DNA of 64,000 nucleotides from Octopus vulgaris (Eukaryota): NCBI GenBank assembly GCA_951406725.2, contig OX597841.1, positions 19,716,001 to 19,780,000 of the forward strand, read 5' to 3'. Shown piece by piece: positions 54,491 to 64,000 of this stretch (position 1 is its first letter; each line of letters starts with the position of its first letter). The notes under the pieces were generated by a model. It saw only the letters and a program-made list of their open reading frames with translations, ran no database searches and was not told where the DNA came from. The position numbers and the translations under genes were made by a program.

Positions 54491-54905
54491 GGCAGACAAG
54501 TGGATGGACAGGCAAACTGACGGGCGGATAGACAAACAGCTGGATAGACAAGTAAACAGGTGAATGAAGGGGCGTGTGTGTGTGTGTGATACGGAGACAG
54601 ATGGACATGTGCGCATGCGCGAGCACACACTCATACACATGCATACACACACATACTAACACATACACACATACACATAGACAGGCACACGCACATACAC
54701 AGGTCGTCAACCAGCCAAACAGACAGACGGACAGACGGAAACAGACAAAGAAAGAAAGAAAAAGAATGAAAGGAAGGAAGAAAGAAAGAAAGAAGGAAAG
54801 AAAGAGAGAAGGAAAGACAGAAAAGGAAGAAAGAAAGAAAGAAAGAAAGAGAGAAGGAAAGAAGAAAAAGAAAGAAAGAAAGAAAGAAAGAAAGAGAAGA
54901 AAGAC

Positions 54906-54937
<32 letters not shown>

Positions 54938-54953
54938 GAAAGAAAGAATGAAT

Positions 54954-54993
<40 letters not shown>

Positions 54994-55055
54994 AAGAAGG
55001 AAATTTTGAGAGCAACATCCTGAGTCCAGATGTAAGAGTAAATGTCGGTACCAAC

Positions 55056-55171
55056 CTGGGATAGTAGAAGCAGACCAAATATTTAGCATTGCTCACTGAA
55101 CGGCCAAAAGCCTGTAAACTGGGACAATTAATAGCTGAACAGCCGACGTGTGTTGTGTTGGCCCACACCAT
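55056..55171 (-). CDS. CRISP-like protein, coding exon 3 (CAP signature motifs)
   Basis: ccacag|ATG...AG|gttggt, 116 nt, phase 0-2. MVWANTTHVGCSAINCPSLQAFGRSVSNAKYLVCFYYPR completes HYTQMVW...VGC and LVCxYxPxGN. Confidence 0.93.
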
Positions 55172-57366
55172 CTGTGGATGTAGAAAAGGAAAAGATATCA
55201 TTCATAGTGGTGGATGTTAGTGAGTGAGGAGAGGTCTTTCTTCTATACTTTCGCTCTTGTATTGAGTCCAGCTTTTCGACTGCAACCGTTCTGTGCTATG
55301 TCGTGGCATGGCCGTTTAAATCAGTCACATCGAACTCAGTACCAATATCTGTCTGGTATCTTATGTTATCAATCTCTGTTTGTCGAATCAGTAAGTCATG
55401 CAAGCAAAAATAGCAGTGTGTTTTTAGGCCAGTATAGAATTGAACACAAACATGGAGACGCATAGACATGTGCGTACACACACACACACACACATACACA
55501 CACATACGCACATACATATGCATACACAAATGCACATACATGCATACACACATACACAGACACACGCGCACTTACACATATACACACTGATACATATACG
55601 TATTTGCACATATATAAATACTTGCATACGCTCACATACAAACATACACACATACACATGCATACATATACATGTATACGTACGCATGCACACATACACG
55701 CACATATTCTCATACACATACATGCACACATACACACATACTGGCGCGCACACAAATACACTCATGCACATACGTACACATGCAAACACAAACAGACACA
55801 AACTCACATGCATAAACACACACTAAATTTCCCCAAAGGCACTGCTTGCCCGAACAACACTTATAATGATTCCTACAGTTACGCATATTACTACATTTAT
55901 TATCCAGCGAAGTTCAGAAATGTATTATTTAATGTAAAATTTTCTGCACAAAGACATGATAAAATATACTACTATATAGGTCAGAATTCTTTTCCCGATG
56001 AAATAATCACATGTAGTCTTTCAATAAAAAACGAAAACTACTTAACACCTCATTAACTTATGGATAGGACATTAATTAATATTATTCATTGTCCGTTATA
56101 TGTACTGCACTTCTTTATAAATGAGTTGAGGTAGTTGTAATTTTTGTTGCATAGAGGCATTAGAAATCTGAAAGTGAAAGTCCAAATTAATTGATAAACG
56201 TAAGAAATTATTGATCTCTTGCTTAATGAGGAGAGTGCTTGGGCTCTCTGCGATAGTTAAAACTTGTCAAAGGACGGACAAACTTATTACAGTCAACGAC
56301 CATCCAATACTGTGTATACAAACATTGTCCTGCTATTTCTCACGGACAGCGGTAGTTCTTGCAACAATCATTGACAAACAGTTGACCTTGGTGCAGGCAC
56401 AACCGATTCAGTCAGCAGAGAACCAAGACAAGGAAAATTTGAATAGAATCGGTAGAGCATCGCAATATATGCTAAGCGATATTTCTTCTTAGTCAAATCT
56501 CATCCAGATCATATTTGCCTTCCATCCCGACCAGATCGATAAAATGTCAGTCAAATACTGGGAGTTGATGTAATCGACTTCCCCCACTAAAAGTGCCAAG
56601 CCTTGCAACGTATTGACCATGGAGTGGTTTTTCGTTCCATTTCTCTTTAAGTATGTTTTGTAGATTTATTTCTGTTGTTTTTTTTTGTATGTTTTACCAT
56701 TTCTATTGTGTTGTTATTTAAATTTATTGTTTCAATGTAATCGATTTCTGCTTTGTATTTTATCGCTTCTTCGTGAGTAGAAAAGACTTTCTTCTGTCTG
56801 TGTTTCACATTTCTTTATTACATTCATAAATCTGTCATTCTTTCTTTCTAAATATTTGTCCAGTTCAGCTGTTGTTATCTGCAGAAGTTTTCTATTCGTG
56901 TCAGGCCACGCCCTCCTTCGGCTGTATTATGTCAATGTCTGTTTTGGGATGGTGACTTCAGTATGCTGTTAGTAATTCTCTGGTTTCTCCAATGTTTCTT
57001 TTCAATTTACTTGGTTCCAGTTTATGATATTCAAACTGCAGTTTATGGCTGGTAAGGCTAGCGTAGTTATATCATTTATTTCTAGCGCGGAGTTCAGTTT
57101 TTAATATTAGTCTAACTAAAGGCGGCGAGGTGGCAGAATCATTAGCATGCTGGGTAAAATGCGCCATTTCTTCCGACTTTACGTCCTGAGTTCAAATTCC
57201 ACCAACGTCGACTTTGCCATTTATCCTTTCGGGCGCGATAGAATAAGTACCAGTTGAACATTGACTTCGATGCAATCGACTCATTCCCTCTCCCTAAAAT
57301 TACTGCCTTTGTAGCAAAATTTGAAATCGTCATCATCATCATCATTATTATTATTATTATTATTAT

Positions 57367-58363
57367 TACCTTCGCCTTAGCAAAGGCAGAGGTATTGTTC
57401 TCAGTCGTGTTTGTTCGTTTGTCCGGGGACAAGGTGTCTCAGGAACCGCTTTATAGATTAGGATGAAACTTTCAGGGAAGTTTGGCCACGTGATTGGCAC
57501 GAACTGATTAAATTTTGGGATCGATCCGGTACCGGACGAGGATTCTGGATTATTTGTTATATTTACTTTACAAGAAGTATTACGATCTTACGTTGACTTT
57601 CAAGTCTTTCTCTTATTAACTCCCTTGAAAGCATGCTCATGGTTTCCACGTAAGTTATGGCGGCGTTGCTGTTCCCAAAGTTTTATTTTCGTTTCTCTTA
57701 TTATTAATTTTACTCGCGTCTCTATCTCACTAGAAACTGATGGATAAAGAAATCAAACTACATAAAGAAATGGCATCAAACCCCTTCAGAAATGAAATAA
57801 CGTTAGCATATCCAGGAACAATGATAAATTTAATTTATCCTCGGCAATTTTTAGTTTTACCAATTTTGAATATATCGTTCCTGTTTAAAACCTCTTACCT
57901 ACTTGACAATTGCATTTCTAGTTCTGCCATGAAGGAAGCTTTACTTCTTGGACTCACGTTTTTGTGCGCAACGATGTTCTTGAACCTCCGTTAACAGCAC
58001 CAAATGCAGGTCCTTTCCGTTTTCTTTCAGGCACGGATAAATTTTTCACTGTAGACCTTAATGGTCGTAAAGAAACTATATCGGTGGATAGACTAAATAA
58101 GGCCTTCATAGAGAAAACTGTCCCCTGTTCCCATTGCAGACGATACACACACACACAGCATTACAAACACGGTCTACCCACCCACCTTCACATTCCATGA
58201 CTACCACAGGGATCGATCCGGTACCGGACAAGGATTCTGGATTATTTTTTCCGTTCTCTTTTTACTTAATTTTCGAGAGCGGTCGGGTTCATTTTTAGCA
58301 TTCTCCGGCAAATCGTTGAGAGGACGTTGGTGCTGCCTTGACGGAGGTTTGCGTTGAGTGCTC

Positions 58364-58368
<5 letters not shown>
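57367..58368 (+). mobile_element. DINE-1/HINE-like (Helentron-associated) element carrying internal insertions
   Basis: 5' ttaccttcgcc...ggcagaggta, gatgaaactt motif, duplicated gggatcgatccggtaccggac.aggattctggatt (57517 and 58208), 3' ggaggtttgcg..gagtgc; inserted in (TTA)n. Confidence 0.55.
57955..58115 (+). mobile_element. Gypsy integrase C-terminal (GPY/F) fragment
   Basis: VRNDVLEPPLTAPNAGPFRFLSGTDKFFTVDLNGRKETISVDRLNKAF. Confidence 0.75.
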
Positions 58369-58398
<30 letters not shown>

Positions 58399-58768
58399 GC
58401 GGTGAGCAGACGAAATCGTTAGCATGCCGGACAAACTGCTAAGCGGCGTTTTGACCGTCTTTACGTCCTGAATTCAAATTTCGCCGCCGATGTCGGTTTT
58501 GCTTTTCATCCTTTCGAGGTCCAGCACTGGGATTGATGTAATCGACTAGTACCCCCCCCCCCACAGCATTTTAGGCCTATAGAATAAAGAATTATTTTTA
58601 TTAAAGGGGTGAGAGGCGTTTGCGCATCGGACAAAACACTTTGCTTTTCATCTTTAAAGGGTCGATAAAATAAATGAGTCAAATACTGAGGTCGGTGTCC
58701 CCAACTTGCTGCCAACCCTCAAAATTACTGGCCTTGAGTCAAAGTTAAAAAAGAAGTACAACATTTAC

Positions 58769-58984
58769 CTGAGTATAGTGACAACTGCTGCCACACGAAG
58801 AAGCGCTTCGGTAGAAATCTCTCTTTTCATCGAACCAACTTTGCATTTCAGACCGGATGAGGTCCTTAATAGTGCCTGCGTTACTGTCAAAGGCAAGGTT
58901 CTCACCTCGGCCCTTCCTTTGATGATCAAACATACACTTATGGGCCCATTTATTGGCTTCTGTTGCTAGTTGTTTGCTCCAAGC
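58769..58984 (-). CDS. CRISP-like protein, coding exon 2 (CAP core)
   Basis: ctacag|GCT...CAG|gtaaat, 216 nt, phase 0-0. AWSKQLATEANKWAHKCMFDHQRKGRGENLAFDSNAGTIKDLIRSEMQSWFDEKRDFYRSASSCGSSCHYTQ contains the CAP motifs W-x3-L, GENL, W-x2-E and HYTQ. Confidence 0.93.
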
Positions 58985-58996
58985 CTGTAGATATAC

Positions 58997-59063
<67 letters not shown>

Positions 59064-59068
59064 CAGAC

Positions 59069-59123
<55 letters not shown>

Positions 59124-59689
59124 TAGATAAGCGGGTGGGTTTGGATGGCTATACGGACAAGTAGTAGTTAGGTAGGTAGAACGTTGGTAATTTCTATTGA
59201 CATTGAAGACTGAAAAGTTTCCGGTTTCAAATCCTGTCATTGCACAGAATGTAAGACAAGCGACCAAGTTGTGGCTGTTGGTCTTATAGTATGAAGGAAG
59301 AGGGAAAATGCCTTTTCCTTTTTACAGAGAGCAGAGAAATATTGCAGGTGTTTGTGGTTTTCGAAGCTCTCAGCAGTGGATGGAGGAAGATGTCTTCTCC
59401 TTTCAGAGGAGGCCAGTAAAATATGAAGGTGTTGGTTGTCTTCCAGGAAATAAGCGAGACGTGAGACATGTGGAAGTCTGTACATAAAAGTGAGTGTAAT
59501 TTAATACTTTTTTCAATTCTGCATCTATGTGGTCTCTAAGCTGCTGGAAATAGTTACCAAATCTCTCTCAAATCAAAGCAAAGATGTACACTAAATTAGT
59601 GATTCCCAGCGTGGGGCACACATACAAAGCTGGTGAGGCCAAGGAAAATTGTGGTGGAGTGGGGGATCTAAATTTTTTTAATTATTTTT

Positions 59690-59890
59690 CTTATTTCAGT
59701 CATTTGACTGTGGTCATGCTGGAGCACCGCTTTGACGGCTTTTTAGTCAAACAAACCGACCCTAGGATTTATTCTTTCAGCTAAGTAGTTATTGTATCGG
59801 TTTCTTTTGCCGAACTGCTAAGTTACGAGGACGCAAACGCACCAACAACTGTTGTCAAGTGGTGATGGAGGGATAAACACAGGCACAGAG

Positions 59891-59926
<36 letters not shown>

Positions 59927-60512
59927 CGAGCTTCTTTCAGTTTCCGTCTACCAAATCCACTTACAAGGCTTTGGTCGACCCGAGGCTTTGGTAGAAGACA
60001 CTTGCCCAAGGTTCCACGCAGTGGTTCAGAATCCGGACCCATTTGGTTGGGAAACAAGCTTCTTACCACCACAGCAAACATTCTACACCAACCACTGATG
60101 GGGGGGGGGATACATTGTTCTGGAAAGTTGTAGAGGGGTCAGCAGGAAAATAGGTTGGGAACTACTGCGCTAGATAATATCATTTTCCCAACTGCATGGT
60201 TCCAGGTTCAGTCCAATTGCGTGGCACCTTGGGCAAGTGTCTTCTGCTATAGACTCAGACCAACCAAAGCCTTGTGAGTGGATTTGTCAAATGGAAACTA
60301 AAAGAAGCCCGTTGTGTGTGTGTGTTTCTTCCCACCCTTCCGTTTTGACAACCGGTGTTAGTTTGTCTACGTCCCCATTAACTTAAGGGTTCAGCAAAAG
60401 AGACTGTTAGAATGAGTACCAGGCTTTTAAAAAAGAATAATGATTCGATATGTTCGACTTAAAGACGGTGCTCCAGCATGGTCGCAATCAAATAACTGAA
60501 ACGTGTAAAAAA
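59690..60512. mobile_element. Two SINE family A copies in opposite orientation (59690-60074 minus; ~60185-60512 plus)
   Basis: Both match the family A head/core/tail. Confidence 0.8.
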
Positions 60513-60585
60513 AGACATCCATAAAAAGATTGGATGGTCACGACCGAAATGCCTTTGATCATAGGTCTGTATAGTCAGGGTTGAC

Positions 60586-60745
60586 CAGCGCCGCCTTCAG
60601 ACTGGGCAGCTGTCTAGGGGCCTCACGGATTTAGGGGCCCCTGATTCTGATTTATGTATGATGTGGCTTGCTATTAGCGAATAAATACTAGAGGCCCCAG
60701 TGCTTTGATTTACCCGGGGCCTATAAAGGTGCTAAAACAGTGTTG
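60586..60745. mobile_element. hAT-type MITE
   Basis: Imperfect TIRs cagcgccg.. / ..cagtgttg, 8-bp TSD gggttgac/gagttgac and GGGCCC-rich subterminal motifs. Confidence 0.6.
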
Positions 60746-60896
60746 GAGTTGACCTGGGGTTAAACATCAACAACAACCACCACCCTCCGCCACCACCAAA
60801 ATAAGAATCTGACCACCAGCCCCTCCACCACTATGCCAAAAACCAGAGCTATAACGACAACAACAACATAAATAATAAGAACAACGGAGATCCTAC

Positions 60897-61043
60897 CAGT
60901 TTAATCATATCGGAGGCTCCTTCTTTTGCCCTGAGATCATTATGGAATTGAAGGACGAATTGGCGCAAGTGTTCGGAGTCAAGGAGGTCAGCAGATATGA
61001 GGGGCGACACGGCCAAAAGCAGGACACACAAACGCAAATACAT
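60897..61043 (-). CDS. CRISP-like (CAP + ShKT) secreted protein, coding exon 1: signal peptide and start of CAP domain
   Basis: MYLRLCVLLLAVSPLISA-DLLDSEHLRQFVLQFHNDLRAKEGASDMIKL: hydrophobic signal peptide and CAP HN-x-x-R motif. Phase-0 donor CTG|gtagga at 60897/60896. An acceptor tttcag| 6 nt upstream of the ATG (61050) suggests an upstream 5'UTR exon. Confidence 0.9.
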
Positions 61044-61147
61044 GTTTGGCTGAAACGAGATAAGCATCAATTTAGATTATTCATCGGAGTAATTGTCAAT
61101 TAAGATGGCCAGCTGAAAGCATTATTAACATGCCGGGCTAAATGTTT

Positions 61148-61420
61148 AGCGGTAGCTGGCAGAGTGGTTAGCACGCCGGGCGAAATGCGTAGTCGTATTT
61201 CGTCTGTCATTAAGTTCTGAGTTCAAATTCCGCCGAGGTGGACTTTGCCTTTCATCAATTCGGGGTCGATTATATAAGTGCCAGTTGCGCACTGGGGTCG
61301 ATGTAATCGACTTAATACGTTTGTTTGTCCCCTCTGTGTTTGGCCCCTTGTGGGTAGTTAAGAAATAGGTATTTCGTCTGTCTTTATGTTCTGAGTTCAA
61401 AGTCACCAAGGTCGACTTAG
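61148..61420 (+). mobile_element. SINE family B (other copies ~52095-52305, ~57120-57325, ~58398-58580)
   Basis: gcggtagctggcagagtggttagc (A box)...gagttcaaattcc (B box) with a shared body. Confidence 0.8.
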
Positions 61421-61499
61421 CCATTGCTGTTTGTTTGTTTGTTTTGTTTGTTGAGCGAAGCGGTCTTCGTTCCAGAGTGGGAGAAGTCCGAAACGTGGT

Positions 61500-61797
61500 C
61501 CTTTGCTATTCGTAAGACCCGCAGAAGAGACAGCAGGTCAACCCCCGACACCGATGGATGAATGTGCATCCAGGCTCAGCGGTTGCGTAGGAAGTCGGGG
61601 ACAAGAAACAGGAAGAAAGGGTGAGAGAAAGTTGGGGTGAAAGAGTACAACAGGGGCCGCCACCACCCCCTGCTAAAGCCTCGTGGAGCTTTAGGGGTTT
61701 TCGCTCAATAAACACACACAACGCCCGGTATGGGAATCGAAACCGCGATCCTCCGACTGCGAGTCCGCTGCCCTAACCACTGGGCCATTGCGCCTCC
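61500..61797 (-). mobile_element. tRNA-derived SINE family C (related copies ~63800-63990 +, ~10902-11012 +, ~49731-49965 +)
   Basis: ggaggcgcaatggcccagtggttagggcagcggactcg...ggtttcgattccc tRNA-like head with a shared body. Confidence 0.8.
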
Positions 61798-62454
61798 TTG
61801 CGTTTGCTGTGGAAAAGGAGGAGGGATCATCATGAGTTGCCGGTTGCCTGGCCTCTTGTGCCAATGGCAAACATGCTCCGATCATAGAAATTAATCCATG
61901 CTCAGTCTGGAGCCTTCCATAGGTTTCCTGACTCAGTTGAACGCAACACGTGATTGCAAGTGAAGCTTGAAAAGTGTCTTCACTGCCCGACTGCATTCTG
62001 CAAACTAATCAAGCGTAACAAGCAGCGTTTAGCAGGCAATCTTCAAAGAACTCTTACAGCAATGTTCAATGGGGAATAAGAAAACTTGGCTTCTTTCCAT
62101 GTCTAACACGTAGAGTAATGATATGCAAAAGTGAAGAAAGAAATAATCTAACACAGTTATAACTGTCTCTCCTGAAACAAAAATCTCAAAACTTATGCAA
62201 TGCAACTCATAAATAACCAGAAAAGAGGGTATACATATGCAAGTCCCCATAACTTGGCGGTTCAGCAAAAGATCCGATAGAATGAGTACCAGGCTTTAAA
62301 GAAATAAATATTGGGGTTGATTCATTCGACTAAAAATTCTTCAAGGTGGTGCCCCAGCATGGCCACAGTCTAATGGCTGACACAAGTAAAAGAAAAAAGA
62401 TGTGTGATGTGTGTGTGTGTGTGTGTGTGTATACATGCATACATACATACATAC

Positions 62455-62486
<32 letters not shown>

Positions 62487-62521
62487 GTATATATATATGT
62501 ATATATATATATATATATACC

Positions 62522-62559
<38 letters not shown>

Positions 62560-62581
62560 AATGTATGTGTATATATATGTC

Positions 62582-62633
<52 letters not shown>

Positions 62634-62935
62634 GTATGTATATACATATATGTCAATTGTTCAAACCGTTCACATGGAGAAAGGTGTTCGCCTCCATTTT
62701 GGAAAACCAGCATAGTGTTGTGCTCTCAATATATATATATATATATATATACTACAAAATTAGAAAATGGAGAAACATACTTAAATCAATAAAACATCAA
62801 CCATCAGATGATACCCAATCAATACTTTATTACACCATTACATAAAAGTAAAGGCAATATACAAAATATATTGTAAATATACATAGACAAGGGGATAGAA
62901 ATATGAAATATAAAATATAATATGTAATTATATCA

Positions 62936-63049
62936 TATCTGACAGCTGTTTCGGCAGTAAGGGCAATCATGCCTCATTTAACCCATAAGCCATAAAGGCA
63001 GGTATAAATGAGGCATTAACAAGGATGCCCCACGGCCTCTTCAGAGAAT
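62936..63049 (-). ncRNA. Type I hammerhead ribozyme (canonical core, long stem II)
   Basis: Minus strand: tct-CTGAAGA-ggccgtggggcatc...atgcctcattta/taaatgaggcat...gattgcccttactgcc-GAAA-CAGCTG-TC-aga. Palindromic stem III, GUC cleavage triplet, weak stem I. Confidence 0.75.
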
Positions 63050-64000
63050 TTAATTTATTATAATTGTGAAAAAAATTTTTTCCCATATACATATAAATAT
63101 AAAAATGTAAAATATAAAAACTTTTGCATAAACTCCATATTACTACACCTATATATATATACTCATTGATACAATAATGCAAGATAAACAAAACAAAATA
63201 AAACAATATATATATCAGTATATATATTAATAGGCACAGTTATTCCACATATTAGGCTAATAGTTCTAAAAACTAACATATAAGAAAATATATGCGCACT
63301 ACTATATTTAAATTAAAACAGACCTATACCTGAAAAATAGTAAAAAACCATAGTTCAGTTCATAAAATTATAAACCTTTAAAAGTCAATAAAAATTACTA
63401 TTAATATTTATTGGCATTTATTGGCAGGGTTACTTAGCTTGCTTTTAAGTTGGCAAAGGCAGTCAGCTTTCTGCTCCCTAATCGTACATATCTGTCTGTC
63501 TGTCTGTCTATGTATCTATGGCCGCAGTCAAATGACTGAAACTAATAAAAAAAAAGGAATATATATATATATATATAAGATTAATCAGCCGAAATTGCGA
63601 GGATGATTTGGTTCTTGACTGAGGATAGAAAGCTACGAATGACCCGTCCTTGTTTTCTTTGTATCTTTGTATTTGGATATTTTGTTGTCCCTTTTTGTGT
63701 CACCTAGTTGTCCAGATGTTTTGCGTTCATGTCCCATTTTGTATATTATATACATCCGGACAACTAGGTGATACAAAAAGAGACATACACACACACACTG
63801 GCACAGTAGTTAGGGAAGCGGAATCGCAGTCATGGGATCGCGGTTTCGATTCCCATACCGGGCGTTGTGAGTGTTTATTGAACAAAAACACCTAAAGCTC
63901 CACGAGGCTCCAGAAGCGGGGTGGTGGCGAACCCTGCTGTACTCTTTCACCACAACTTTCTCTCACTCTTTCTTCTTGTACCTGTGTTTCAAAGGGAACA

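Noticed and set aside
61725-61797. tRNA-like sequences (also ~10902, ~19250, ~49731, ~63800)
   Set aside because: They are SINE heads: A/B boxes continue into shared SINE bodies and no clean cloverleaf is evident.
63618-63652. CTGAGGA-tag-aaag-cta-cGAAT hammerhead-like fragment (similar weak hits near 29118 and 49658)
   Set aside because: The GAAA box or stems I/III are not satisfied; too degenerate to call.

Overview
AT-rich, microsatellite-saturated animal genomic DNA. The SINE, RTE, Penelope and Helitron families resemble those I recall from Octopus (recall, not a search result). One host gene can be reconstructed on the minus strand at 61043->48862: five firm coding exons plus a probable 30-nt micro-exon. 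It encodes a secreted CRISP-like protein (signal peptide + CAP/SCP domain + Cys-rich hinge + C-terminal ShKT domain; 227 aa, or 237 aa with the micro-exon). The rest is repeat: a ~7.1 kb (GGT/GAT)n array, decayed RTE and R4/Dong-like LINEs, a Penelope-like RT/GIY-YIG element, solo-LTR-like inserts, non-autonomous Helitrons, mariner/pogo/hAT MITEs, a fold-back element with a telomeric core, and three tRNA-derived SINE families. The most unusual hidden layer is a set of about 8-10 hammerhead-ribozyme-like motifs in Penelope-type terminal-repeat fragments, mostly next to (TA)n tracts. Two have canonical cores with ~90-nt extended stem II, and one of these lies sense to and just upstream of the CRISP gene. 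Others show non-canonical cores inside well-paired flanking stems. All coordinates were read by eye; TE boundaries are approximate.
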